A stretch of DNA of 64,000 nucleotides from an uncultured candidate division Zixibacteria bacterium (lineage in GTDB: Bacteria; Zixibacteria; MSB-5A5; GN15; FEB-12), in assembly GCA_963664195.1 (NCBI GenBank), contig OY760907.1, forward strand, positions 896,001 to 960,000, given 5' to 3'. Of the stretch, positions 1 to 9,569 are shown piece by piece (positions within the stretch are counted from its first letter, which is position 1; each line of letters opens with the position of its first letter). The position numbers and the translations under genes were made by a program. The notes under the pieces are model-generated. The model was not told the DNA's origin. It searched no databases and worked only from the letters and a program-made list of their open reading frames with translations.

Positions 1-229
1 CGATAATAGAATCGAGAATCATCCGCTTCTTGTCGAATTCCTCTTGCGAGGTCTCGAACTGGGTTCCAAGCGTTGGAACCAGACGTTCAAAATCCTGAAC
101 CGTGATCCTGTCACTGCCGATCTTTGCCAACACTTCGTCGCCAGACTTACCGCAGCCAATCATCATGGCCGCCAGCAGCAGGCTTACCAGTAGCGAAATC
201 GTCGAATATCGTGTCATGTTCTTATGCAT
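1..229 (-). CDS. N-terminal part of a lipoprotein, probably PpiC/SurA-type peptidylprolyl isomerase (runs off window)
   Basis: Manual translation MHKNMTRYSTISLLVSLLLAAMMIGCGKSGDEVLAKIGSDRITVQDFE...; lipobox-like IGC and the VLAKIG..ITxxDF start typical of foldases; not in ORF track because truncated. Confidence 0.6.
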   Translation of the reverse strand, partial: MHKNMTRYSTISLLVSLLLAAMMIGCGKSGDEVLAKIGSDRITVQDFERLVPTLGTQFETSQEEFDKKRMILDSII

Positions 230-358
230 CCTCTTACTCCATACCCTCTCTTGTACCGGGGATTGGCCTCCGGGTTCCGCCCGAAAGACGAGCCAAGTGT
301 CATAGATAAGCCATTACGCACCAAATGCCAAGCGTTTTCACCTATTGGCTGCCAGGGG

Positions 359-1330
359 CTATTCGAAGTCGGATTCGAGATAATCCTGAGTCGTTGATTT
401 ACGGCTGAGACGCTGAGCAAGCTTCTTAGTAAGCTCCACCGCCGAGTTCTCGCCGTATACCTTGAGCATGTGGTTCATCGCGATGACCTCGGAGATCACG
501 GTGATGTTCTTGCCGGGGGAAATCGGGACCTTGAGAATCGGAATCTTGCATCCTAGGATCGCCGTCGTCTGCTCCTCGACTCCCAGCCGCTCGTACTCCG
601 CGGTTTCCTCCCAGAGAGTCAGACGTACCTCGACTTCAATACGTTTCTGCATGCGGATAGAGCGAATTCCGAATAACTCCTCGACATCGATAATCCCGAC
701 CCCGCGTATTTCCATGTGATGCCCGAGCAACTCGGAACTCCCGCCGATAAGCACATCGGGAGCAACGCGTGTGACTTTGCAGACATCATCGGCCACCAAC
801 CGGTGCCCGCGCTCTACCAGATCGAGCGCAACCTCGGACTTGCCGATCCCGGACTTGCCGGTGTACAACAGGCCGACGCCGTAGACATCGACCAGGGTGC
901 CGTGGAGGTTGGTGGTCGGCGCGAAAAAATGGTCCAGGTAGGCCGTAAGTCGATGAGATAACTCGGCTGTTGTCAGACGACTGGAGAAAACCGCGGTATG
1001 ACCGAGTTCGGTGGCAGCGGTAAACGCCAGAGGCGGCGAAAACCCTTTGGTGACCACAAACAACGGTACATCGGCCGCCATGATTCCATCTGCGACCTCC
1101 TTCAGACGTTCATCAGTAAGCGTGTTCAGATACGCGACCTCGGTCTCCCCCAGGACCTGTATGCGACTGCCCGGGAAGCGTTCCAGGAAGCCAGCCAGGG
1201 CAACACCTGGTCGATTGAGCTGAGACGTTTTGACTTTCTTCCTGAGACTGCGCGGACCGCCGCTAATGAGCGTTAGCTCAAGATCCCGGTTACGGGACTG
1301 GTACAGTTGTTCGACTGTGATTTCTGCCAT
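359..1330 (-). CDS. hprK: HPr(Ser) kinase/phosphorylase
   Basis: LNRPG, RIQVLGETE, HGTLVDVYGVG, Walker A GKSGIGKSE, GHRLVADD, EIRGVGII; start set at MAEIT (ATG 1330). Confidence 0.97.
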   Translation of the reverse strand: MAEITVEQLYQSRNRDLELTLISGGPRSLRKKVKTSQLNRPGVALAGFLERFPGSRIQVLGETEVAYLNTLTDERLKEVADGIMAADVPLFVVTKGFSPPLAFTAATELGHTAVFSSRLTTAELSHRLTAYLDHFFAPTTNLHGTLVDVYGVGLLYTGKSGIGKSEVALDLVERGHRLVADDVCKVTRVAPDVLIGGSSELLGHHMEIRGVGIIDVEELFGIRSIRMQKRIEVEVRLTLWEETAEYERLGVEEQTTAILGCKIPILKVPISPGKNITVISEVIAMNHMLKVYGENSAVELTKKLAQRLSRKSTTQDYLESDFE

Positions 1331-1468
1331 AGTAAAGAAATATATCTCTACCGCTCGTCGACAGGCAAGAAAGAAATGCTGAAAGGCCAAAGAACTCGGG
1401 AGCCAACCCGGCAGCGGACATTCAAGTCGCAGGTGTTGCCATGAGTTCCGGCACGACGCTACTCTCCC

Positions 1469-1494
1469 AAAAAAAACCCCGGCGGACCGGGGTT
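1469..1494 (-). terminator. Intrinsic terminator after PDZ gene
   Basis: Hairpin AACCCCGG-CGGA-CCGGGGTT followed by a U-run on the minus strand. Confidence 0.7.
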
Positions 1495-1543
1495 CTTGCG
1501 GAAGGAAGAAAAGGTATATTAACAGAGTACTTACCAATCATGT

Positions 1544-2521
1544 CTACTGCTTGGTTTTGCGGATTTCCTTGAGTTCGTCCCGCAACTCTTGAAGCTCACC
1601 ACGAAGCTCGTCCATTGCGTCTTCGTACTCGCCGGAATCATACAGTTCGCGGAGGTCATCGAGATCATCCAATTGTATGCTTAAGGAGCGTGGCAACCCC
1701 TTCATGTTTGGAATTCGGATGTCATCGGCGTCGAAATATTGAATGCCGGGACCGGAGCCATAGAACTGCCAGGAGCTTTCTCGCATTTCCACGGGCACGT
1801 CAACTTTCGTTTGCTTCTTGTCTCGCAGCAGTGCGATCTTTGCGACTTCGCCTTCTTCAAGTCTGCGCACGGCTTTCTGGACATCGCCAGCGTCACCGAC
1901 TTCCCGATCGTTCACCGCCACAATGACATCGCCCGCCCTGATTCCGGCTTTCTCAGCTGGGGAATCTTCTTGAACTTCATTAATAAGCACGCCGCCTTCG
2001 TCGGCTCCAAAATAGGCTGCAAGGTCATCGGAGATATCGAGTAGCATTACGCCGATATATGCCTGTTCTCTATTGTCGTCGGTCCAGGCATACTTGTGTT
2101 TGGAAATCCGCGGACTGCTATCCCTGAAGTACGACCAGCGGCTTTCCTTGCGGTCTCCAAGCACAGAAGCCAGGACGACCTTCTCGTTGTCGCGCATGAC
2201 AACGATATCGACTTCGTCGCCGGGTGCACGGTCCCGGACGAGATCAAGCAAGTCTTTGTCGCTCATGACTTTTTCACCGCCGAAAGCGATAATGATGTCG
2301 TCTTCCTTGAGTCCGGCCTTATCGGCAGGGGAGTCATCGACGATTTCGTTGACAATGGCGCCGTATTCTGTCTTGATGTCGAATGCTTTGGATATGTCTT
2401 CATCGACTGTCTGGGTGTAGACCCCGAGCCAGGCATCGCGATCCGGTCCGGCGAGGGAGAACCCCACGGCCAGAGCGAGAATTACGGCGGCCGCCAGGCT
2501 GATTTTGACGACGTTCTTCAT
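1544..2521 (-). CDS. Exported tandem PDZ-domain protein (DegP-like PDZs, no protease domain)
   Basis: Signal peptide; two repeats AWLGV/AYIGV...SPAxKAG(L/I)xxxD(I/V)I; C-terminal coiled coil. Confidence 0.85.
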   Translation of the reverse strand: MKNVVKISLAAAVILALAVGFSLAGPDRDAWLGVYTQTVDEDISKAFDIKTEYGAIVNEIVDDSPADKAGLKEDDIIIAFGGEKVMSDKDLLDLVRDRAPGDEVDIVVMRDNEKVVLASVLGDRKESRWSYFRDSSPRISKHKYAWTDDNREQAYIGVMLLDISDDLAAYFGADEGGVLINEVQEDSPAEKAGIRAGDVIVAVNDREVGDAGDVQKAVRRLEEGEVAKIALLRDKKQTKVDVPVEMRESSWQFYGSGPGIQYFDADDIRIPNMKGLPRSLSIQLDDLDDLRELYDSGEYEDAMDELRGELQELRDELKEIRKTKQ

Positions 2522-2699
2522 AGCGTCACCTCTTACTTCCGTTGTTCCGAAAAGTCCTTCTGCCCTATTTTACGAAAGGCGGGAGATTTGGTTCCATTTG
2601 TCGATTGAATGCAAAGGTCGGTGATAATCTGTCTGGCCCTCAGGGCTGGAAAAAAGCGATTTTGAAGAAGGAAAATGGTGATAGCGGGCTAAAAAGGCA

Positions 2700-2727
2700 T
2701 TGACAAAACGACGAAAACGGCTAATAT
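2700..2727 (+). promoter_or_regulatory. Candidate sigma70 promoter for tRNA-Asn
   Basis: TTGACA (2700-2705), 16 bp spacer, TAATAT (2722-2727). Confidence 0.5.
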
Positions 2728-2781
2728 AACAAGCCACCTTACTAGTTGAGGTGATTTGACATAGATGTTTTTTTCGTACAC

Positions 2782-2854
2782 TCCCCTGTAGCTCAGTTGG
2801 TAGAGCAGCTGACTGTTAATCAGCGGGTCGCTGGTTCGAGTCCAGCCGGGGGAG
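2782..2854 (+). tRNA. tRNA-Asn (GTT), CCA not encoded
   Basis: Acceptor stem TCCCCTG/CGGGGGA, D-arm GCTCAGTTGGTAGAGC, anticodon loop CTGTTAA, T-loop GGTTCGAGTCC. Confidence 0.97.
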
Positions 2855-2932
2855 CTTTTCTTTTGCCCAAGATTCAAGCTCAGTTGGCAGAGTCCGCCGC
2901 AAGTGCGTGCAAACGCCAGGCCCGCAAACCAA

Positions 2933-4789
2933 CTAATCGTTCGTTACCGCACTCTTCCCTGACAACCGAAAGCACAGTCTCAGTACCGCAAATACGACGC
3001 AAGATACCACCACCCCAAATACGGCGGGATCAAAACTGTCAATGAAGCGATATGTGGATTCGTCGAACAGCACGACCCCGAACTGACTCTTCAACGTCGA
3101 CACACCGCGATACGCAAGTGTAAAAACCGTCGCAGCAAGCATAGTGATGAAAATCTGCTGCGTTAGCGTCTTCGATCGTTTCTTCCAGAGCACTCCAACT
3201 ACGACCGGAAGTATGATGGCCGGTGCCCAAACGTGGTAGGTGAACAAAAGAAGCCCAATGATATCCGACCACAGCACGGCTACCAGAATCGCCGACAGGC
3301 CGAGTCCCAGCGTACATATTCTCGCAAGCCGCAGCATGCGACCGTCACCGTTGTCCTTCCACCCGAACTGGTGCTCGAACAGGTCCTTCACGAAAATAGC
3401 CGTCGAGGAATTCAACGCGGAATCTGCCGATGACATGACCGCCATGAGCAGGGCACCGATCATAAGGCCCCCAATAATCGGGTTGTGCAATTGATCGACG
3501 ACCATGGGCAACGCCTGTTGCGGGTCGATGTCGGGGAATTGAATGCGGGCAAACAAAGCGATAAAAAACAGGATGACGGGAAACGTTATTGCAAGGAAAA
3601 AGCCTACTCCAGCGATCCCGAGTCGCGTCTCCCGCGCGTTCTTTCCCACGCAATAGCGGGTGGCATACCCGGGGGCAAAGGTCTCTCCGAGGAGAAACGC
3701 CAGGAATGTGGTAAGCAGGAATATCCAGCCCTTGCCGCCTTCGATTTTGAAGAAGTCGGCCGAAATCTCCCGGTTGCGGGCGATTTCGTTCGGGTAGGCG
3801 TCCTGCAAAAGGGATAGATTCAATCGACGGAGATCTCGCCCTTCGGCCCCTCCCCGTCTCTCCAATCGACCCGTTGTCTGTCCCGTCAGGTGAACCTCGG
3901 CAAAGACTTTCGGATCATAGAGATTCGGACTGTCGAGGACCTCGTTCAATGCCGCCACGAATCTTCGAACGGTCGCATTGGCGGTATCTCCGGAAGCTAC
4001 CTGCTTGACAGAGGACAAGTGATCGTCTCCGAAAAGGGACATAAGATGTTTTTCCAACGGCCCAGATGACTCCGTCAAGAGCGAGGCAAACTCCTGAGGA
4101 TGCCCTATATCCACCACGCCGAACCGCGACGGTACAAACTTGCCTGTCTCGGGATTGTACGAGTCGCTTATGTCCGGAATGCAAAAGGCCAGCGTAATGA
4201 CGAAGCCCGCCACCAGGACAATGAACTGAAAGAGATCCGTGTGGATGACGGCCAGCAACCCTCCGGCGGTGCTGTATATTACCACCATCAGCCCCCCGAG
4301 AAGAATTGCCCAGCGCAGTGTGTCCATGCTGCCGGCAAGGTCAGGGAGTATGGCCGCAGTAACGGTGCCGAAGGCCGCCATTTGTGCGGCAACAATGAAA
4401 ACAGAGAACAACAACGAAAGGATCAGGACAAGAAAACGGGGACGTTCGCCGAATCTGTGGCCGAAGTATCCCGCAACCGTGTACAGTTCGGCCTCTCGAA
4501 ACTGCGGCGCCACAACCAAACCGGAGAAGATGAAGTGCAAATATCCTCCGGTGGAAACCAACAGCATGAGAATACCCCATTCATAGGTCTTGCCGATTGC
4601 ACCGATTGAGTAGCCGCCACCAATTACCGTGGCCCCCATGGTGCAAAACAGCATGAACCAGCTCACGTTGCGGCCGGCAACAAGGTAGTCATCCGTAGAG
4701 TCGACTTTCTTCGCTTTCATCACCCCCTTGATGAAGACAAAGAGCATGTAGCCGATTACGATAGTCCAGAGGATCAGTCCGTCGTCCAT
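2933..4789 (-). CDS. Sodium:solute symporter (SSS/PutP family) with a large hydrophilic insertion
   Basis: DDYLVAGR, YSTAGGLLAVIHTD, AVMSSADSALNS motifs; many TM helices. Confidence 0.9.
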   Translation of the reverse strand: MDDGLILWTIVIGYMLFVFIKGVMKAKKVDSTDDYLVAGRNVSWFMLFCTMGATVIGGGYSIGAIGKTYEWGILMLLVSTGGYLHFIFSGLVVAPQFREAELYTVAGYFGHRFGERPRFLVLILSLLFSVFIVAAQMAAFGTVTAAILPDLAGSMDTLRWAILLGGLMVVIYSTAGGLLAVIHTDLFQFIVLVAGFVITLAFCIPDISDSYNPETGKFVPSRFGVVDIGHPQEFASLLTESSGPLEKHLMSLFGDDHLSSVKQVASGDTANATVRRFVAALNEVLDSPNLYDPKVFAEVHLTGQTTGRLERRGGAEGRDLRRLNLSLLQDAYPNEIARNREISADFFKIEGGKGWIFLLTTFLAFLLGETFAPGYATRYCVGKNARETRLGIAGVGFFLAITFPVILFFIALFARIQFPDIDPQQALPMVVDQLHNPIIGGLMIGALLMAVMSSADSALNSSTAIFVKDLFEHQFGWKDNGDGRMLRLARICTLGLGLSAILVAVLWSDIIGLLLFTYHVWAPAIILPVVVGVLWKKRSKTLTQQIFITMLAATVFTLAYRGVSTLKSQFGVVLFDESTYRFIDSFDPAVFGVVVSCVVFAVLRLCFRLSGKSAVTND

Positions 4790-4814
4790 TTGCCAACTCC
4801 GTTAGTCATGCGGG

Positions 4815-5984
4815 TCAGTCAGTCACAATACGTGGTATGTCAGGGGGCAGCCGCACCAGCATTTCGTAGTTAACAAGGTTTGACAAGTCGCTGAAGGAGC
4901 GTACCGAAATGCGTGCGTGGTTCTGTTTGCCGATAATCACTACTTCATCTCCCACTCCCACGGACGGAATTGAAGTGACATCGACCAGTATCATGTTCAT
5001 GCTGACAAGTCCGACAACATTTGCGCGTTTGCCTCGTATCAGAACCTTTCCGAGATTACTCAGGCTGCGGCGAAAACCGTGCGCGTATCCCACCGGCACC
5101 GCGGCAAACCTCTGTTGTCGGAGAGTCATGTAGGAGGTCCCGTACCCGACAAACCGGCCCGCTTCCACCGAATAGACATCCATGACCCTGCTGCTCCATC
5201 GAAGAACTCTTCGAAGAGGATCGATATAGTGCTTCTTTGATTGGCTATCCTGGCGAAGCACGTACTCCATCTCCGTCTCTTTGCTGGGCCAGAATCCGTA
5301 CTGCGCGATACCGATCCTGACCATGTTCATCCGTGTTTCAGGATAAGTCAAAGCAGCCGCAGATGAGGCGGTGTGGTGTATTGGGATGGCCAGTCCCAGT
5401 TTGGCGACCCATTCCCGCAACCTCTTGAATTCCGCCAACTGGTCCTGGACTCGCTTGTAGTTGGCTATACTCTCGGCTCCGGCGAAATGAGTGCAGATAC
5501 CGCAGACATCCAGGACTTCAGGGTTGGCCAACACTTGCCTCACTACTTGCTCGACATCTCCGTTTCTCAAGCCGATCCGGTTCATACCGGTTTCCAGATC
5601 GAGGTGGATTCGGGCCGGGATGCCTACCTTTCCAGCTATCTCCAGCGCCAGTTGAAGTCGCTTGAGATCGCTGAGGTAGAAGGAGACTCCGTGCTCTACC
5701 GCCCAGGCGAGCGCGTCGGCATCGACGTACCCCATGATCATGATATGCGTCTCAGGGTTTGTCCGGCACTGAAGTACCCTGTACGCCTCGCTGGCGTCGA
5801 AGACGGAGAAGTGTCGAATACCACACTGTTCGGCAAGTGGGACAAACGGATCAATGCCGTGACCGTAGGCGTTGCCTTTGACGACGGACGATATCGCCAC
5901 TTCTGGACCTACAGTCTTCTGCAAGAACCGCAGATTGCGTGTCAACGCGGTTCTGCTAAGTTCGATTGCGGACGAATCAAACAT
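4815..5984 (-). CDS. alr: Alanine racemase
   Basis: VVKGNAYGHG PLP-lysine motif, ETGMNRIG, THFA, VRIGIAQYG, VGYGTSY, VPVGYAHG, NYEML. Confidence 0.92.
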   Translation of the reverse strand: MFDSSAIELSRTALTRNLRFLQKTVGPEVAISSVVKGNAYGHGIDPFVPLAEQCGIRHFSVFDASEAYRVLQCRTNPETHIMIMGYVDADALAWAVEHGVSFYLSDLKRLQLALEIAGKVGIPARIHLDLETGMNRIGLRNGDVEQVVRQVLANPEVLDVCGICTHFAGAESIANYKRVQDQLAEFKRLREWVAKLGLAIPIHHTASSAAALTYPETRMNMVRIGIAQYGFWPSKETEMEYVLRQDSQSKKHYIDPLRRVLRWSSRVMDVYSVEAGRFVGYGTSYMTLRQQRFAAVPVGYAHGFRRSLSNLGKVLIRGKRANVVGLVSMNMILVDVTSIPSVGVGDEVVIIGKQNHARISVRSFSDLSNLVNYEMLVRLPPDIPRIVTD

Positions 5985-6038
5985 CGCTCCCCCCAACTAA
6001 GATTCGCAGGTCCTGCTTCTGAAGCCTCTGCATCCTGC

Positions 6039-7202
6039 TCATCGAGTGTCGGTTTCCACAACCGCATCCACAGCAGGTTCCACTTCCAGAAGCTCCGAAT
6101 CTGGAAGATTCTCGAATCGCGCCAACGGCGGAGTGACCTCTTTGTCAATGTACTTGCCGCTCATCAGTCTAAGAAGAGCGGCGTAGTTTGGTCGGAATCG
6201 AATCGTGTCACCGACTTTGAGATTGCCCGGGTCGTCACCGATATTGATGACCGACACGTCACTGCTGGCTCCCGCGATATGATGCCCGGGGTTCATCGGG
6301 GTAAGGCCGGAAACGTCGGTATCCAACTGCCCCACACTGATCAAAGCCCGATATCCCCTCTGTCCCGGTGAGAATTCTCCGCTGGCCTGGTCCATGTCGA
6401 ACGGAGTCATCGAAATCGTCTCGGTCATCGGAACCAGTCCCTTTTCCTTAATTTCGGCGATTTCTGCCTCGAGAATGATCGCGTCGTTTTTTAGCTCGGG
6501 AAGGGTACCTCCGTTCACGAGATCCGTACCGAGGAAAATCGCCTCGCCGACTCGGAAATGATTGATCGCCCTCGGCAGCGTACCATCCAATAGCAGGGGA
6601 AGGACGGCCGATGAGCCGGCGGAGATCATTGGCAGCTTGCGCTGGAACTTCAGTTCAAGCAACTCGCGGTAGAGGCACAGCTGCGTAAACTGATCCACGT
6701 TTGGCACGGCGCCCGCCAGACACCCCAGGTTGGCACCAATACCTGCAACTTCTATATTAGACAGGTTGAACACTTGCTCGTAGAACGCAACCAGCGAACC
6801 GGGCAGAATTCCCTCGCGGAGATCGCCCAATTCAATCATGATTACTATGCGATGAGTCTTGTTGATTCGCTTTGCTTCGTCGTTGAGGGCATTTATTACA
6901 CTGATTTCGCTGTTCAAACTCACGTCCGCCAGACCGGCAACTCTCTTGACCGATGACAGGTCGGATACGCGCAGATACCATGACTCGAAATCGGGAATGA
7001 TCTTCTCAATCGCCTGTAGATTGGCCAGACGCGAATCCCCCATTGACCGTACTCCAAGGAATTGCAGCGCGCGCAGAGTGTCGGCGTGACCACACAGGAC
7101 CTTTGTCACCACGGTCCAAGTAGCTTCATGTCGCTCCATCCATCGCTTAATGACGCTGATGTTGTGACGGAGCTTCTCCAGATCAATCGTAACGCGATTC
7201 AC
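6039..7202 (-). CDS. Alanine/ornithine racemase family PLP-dependent enzyme (Orr-like)
   Basis: VVTKVLCG, GDSRL, SLNSE, MIELGDLREG, GIGANLGCL, ISAGSS, HFRVGEA, GASSD. Confidence 0.88.
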   Translation of the reverse strand: MNRVTIDLEKLRHNISVIKRWMERHEATWTVVTKVLCGHADTLRALQFLGVRSMGDSRLANLQAIEKIIPDFESWYLRVSDLSSVKRVAGLADVSLNSEISVINALNDEAKRINKTHRIVIMIELGDLREGILPGSLVAFYEQVFNLSNIEVAGIGANLGCLAGAVPNVDQFTQLCLYRELLELKFQRKLPMISAGSSAVLPLLLDGTLPRAINHFRVGEAIFLGTDLVNGGTLPELKNDAIILEAEIAEIKEKGLVPMTETISMTPFDMDQASGEFSPGQRGYRALISVGQLDTDVSGLTPMNPGHHIAGASSDVSVINIGDDPGNLKVGDTIRFRPNYAALLRLMSGKYIDKEVTPPLARFENLPDSELLEVEPAVDAVVETDTR

Positions 7203-7705
7203 TTGTAATACCTCATCTCGGCATACTTGCTTGTCATGCCCAATCGTTCGTACAGCCGCTTGGCCGGATTGTCATACTCAACGTGCAGCTTCACGTCGCC
7301 GTCGGCTAACTCGAAAGCATGGGTGATGATCCTGGAACCGACGCCCTTTCCGCGCGTGGATGGGTCAACCGCCACCATGAGAAGGAAGTTCTCCGGCACG
7401 TACCCTCTCATGCCCGTACGCAGCATAATCAGCCCGCCTACAACCTTCTTATCGGTTTCGGCTACCAACACGAATCCCGGCTCACCGGTGCGCGGCTCAA
7501 GCGCGTCGGAAATGCCCTGCCGAACCTCGGGTAGCGGGTCCTCATAGGGTTTGAGGCTCTCGTGCATAAACGCCGCCAGTTCGTCCGGAGTCAGCCAGGT
7601 TGGAAAGTCCGTCATGGAAGTCAATTCGTGAAGTATAACATCGCTCGTTTTATCTCCAGCTGGTCGATCAACTGCTGCTCTCTCGTTGTTGTCAGATATG
7701 TTCAT
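7199..7705 (-). CDS. GNAT family N-acetyltransferase
   Basis: AVDPSTRGKGVG acetyl-CoA motif, LHVEYDNPAKRLYERLG; RBS GGAGGAG; stop overlaps racemase start. Confidence 0.9.
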   Translation of the reverse strand: MNISDNNERAAVDRPAGDKTSDVILHELTSMTDFPTWLTPDELAAFMHESLKPYEDPLPEVRQGISDALEPRTGEPGFVLVAETDKKVVGGLIMLRTGMRGYVPENFLLMVAVDPSTRGKGVGSRIITHAFELADGDVKLHVEYDNPAKRLYERLGMTSKYAEMRYYK

Positions 7706-7903
7706 CCTATTAGCTCCTCCTCGTGCTCCCACCTGCCTCTGCGGTCTATAGAACACAAGTCACAAGATATTGACTGTCTGTATCTGCCTTCCGGACAACG
7801 GCGCAAAGGCCCGGCGCATCTCTGATCTCATCGGGCGAGTCATAAGAACCTTCTAACAAGCGATCTCCGACTCTCACGACTGCGATGCCCCTCTTGCCAC
7901 TCT

Positions 7904-8659
7904 CTATGTCCAGTACGGCTTGCGATCATAATGCCTGAAAATCTCCCGCTCAGTATCAGGTGTCATCGACTGGCCCCTATCGAAGCTCGGCCCCGCCTTT
8001 ACATCCTCGACACGCAGGTCCACTTGAAGCGATTCCATCTCCTCCCGGGAATGCTTCAACCACAGCGTGGGGAGAATCGCCTTCCGCCCGGGGAACCACC
8101 TGCCGGTGTCCACAACCGCGTACCGAATGGCCCATCCGTCATCGTCCAGCAACAGATCGTCCACAACTCCGACCGTCCCGTCGATACCCTGAACCGAACA
8201 ACCGATGAGATCCCGGCACGTCTTTGGCCGTGACTCTGGAGGGGGACCATCCCATGCCTGCAGAGCACCCTCCGCCACGTAGAAGCTTGACACTACCGGC
8301 AGAGGGAACGCAGGTAAAGGTGCGGGGCGCGGCAGCGCCCAGTCATCCTCGGGCTCCATGGACACCTTCAGCCTTGTCACGTGAGGACTCTCGAGCATTG
8401 CACTCACGTCGCCTTCTTCTCCTCGATTCGCCTCTCCGGACACAATTGAGACACCAAGAATTCCTTTGCGTCGATCAAGGAATGAAAGCGCTTCCCTCGA
8501 CACCAGAATGCCGCTACTCTTCAGCCGACGACCTGGTTCAACGACTATGTGTGTGATGGACCACGACTGCCGATCCACTACCAGCCCCCAGAGTTCTCCT
8601 ATAGGACTGTGCCCGTCCTCGACTGGCATTCCTTTGAGTCTCTCAACGTCGTGAAACAC
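7904..8659 (-). CDS. PRC-barrel domain protein (two copies)
   Basis: Repeated G..V...DG.(I/V)G.(L/V)..L.(V/L)D...W.I..(I/A)VV motif. Confidence 0.8.
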   Translation of the reverse strand: MFHDVERLKGMPVEDGHSPIGELWGLVVDRQSWSITHIVVEPGRRLKSSGILVSREALSFLDRRKGILGVSIVSGEANRGEEGDVSAMLESPHVTRLKVSMEPEDDWALPRPAPLPAFPLPVVSSFYVAEGALQAWDGPPPESRPKTCRDLIGCSVQGIDGTVGVVDDLLLDDDGWAIRYAVVDTGRWFPGRKAILPTLWLKHSREEMESLQVDLRVEDVKAGPSFDRGQSMTPDTEREIFRHYDRKPYWT

Positions 8660-8853
8660 GTCTGTCCACCCAATCGTCCGAGTCGGTCCCCGGCTGCGGT
8701 AGTAGCGTCACATGCTCTCCATCACGGCAAAAACTGAAACTCGCCACTCTTCTACTATTGGCGGCAGAGTCATGAACTGATCCCGCGACTCCGTCCCGTG
8801 CTGTGGCTCGACCACCAGGCAAAGGCTCGACACTGAGTACCATCTTTGTCGTG

Positions 8854-9156
8854 CTATCCGTTCTCCGCGAACTTCCTGCGAATATCCAACTCAATCGATT
8901 TGCGCTCTTGCTCGTCAAGTTCAGGAGTGAATAGTACGGCATAGCAAATCTGTCCTTCTGAGGAAAACGCCTGCCATCGGGCCTGATCCGGGTGACAAGC
9001 TACACACTCCCCCACACTGTTCGATTCCCCGATGTCTATAAGAGAACCCTTGTCGCCCTTGGCCACGATAACCGCGAACACTCCGGGGTCGTTTTTCAGC
9101 TCCTGAGCGTTAACGAAGGGCCCTTCAAATACCTGCTCACCGATTGAAATAGACAT
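8854..9156 (-). CDS. Small hypothetical protein, weak GIY-YIG-like pattern
   Basis: MSISIGEQVFEGPF...PGVFAVI...LIDIGES; RBS GAGGAG; alternative in-frame start at 9253 also has an RBS. Confidence 0.65.
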   Translation of the reverse strand: MSISIGEQVFEGPFVNAQELKNDPGVFAVIVAKGDKGSLIDIGESNSVGECVACHPDQARWQAFSSEGQICYAVLFTPELDEQERKSIELDIRRKFAENG

Positions 9157-9321
9157 GGTTCTTCTTCTCCTCGTTGACGGCCTTCTGTCATCCCGGACAG
9201 GCAATGCCGCGCTATCCTTCAGCTTCCGCAAGGGAGGTTCATGGCCTTGCATATCTCCTTTATGAGCCCCTCTCGCGCTTTCTTGCCACAGATGCACATA
9301 ACAACGAATCATATCATACCG

Positions 9322-9383
9322 ATACGAATCGTTTGTGCACAAATCATTTGTATGAGAATAGCGTCTATTGGAAGGAATGTCAA
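9322..9383 (-). promoter_or_regulatory. Sigma70 promoter with overlapping palindromic operator for the leftward operon
   Basis: Minus-strand TTGACA (9383-9378), 17 bp, TATTCT (9360-9355); perfect palindrome TTTGTGCACAAA 9332-9343 inside a 32-bp imperfect inverted repeat 9322-9353. Confidence 0.7.
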
Positions 9384-9449
9384 TAGTAAAACGATTCTCA
9401 CGTAAATAACGGGCATTTAACGACATACGCCGCATGAGCGCACAACATG

Positions 9450-9478
9450 TTGACTTTGGGAAGGAATCAGACTATTAT
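9450..9478 (+). promoter_or_regulatory. Sigma70 promoter for the MarR gene
   Basis: TTGACT (9450-9455), 17 bp, TATTAT (9473-9478). Confidence 0.6.
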
Positions 9479-9569
9479 GTCAGGAACCGAATGGGGACTC
9501 ATTTTGCTACTAGGGAGGCCAGGTTTCACGAGAGGTCGTCGACTTTCCCATTCGGTCTGGAGAGAGGAT

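Noticed and set aside
1331..1537. N-terminal extension of HprK in the ORF track
   Set aside because: Spans a terminator; family similarity begins at MAEIT
2782..2933. tRNA-Asn as a genomic-island integration site
   Set aside because: No integrase and no duplicate of the tRNA 3' end noticed in the window
8643..8843. Possible 66-aa ORF (MVLSVEPLPGG...) between the small ORF and the PRC gene
   Set aside because: No recognisable motif or clear RBS; cannot be supported
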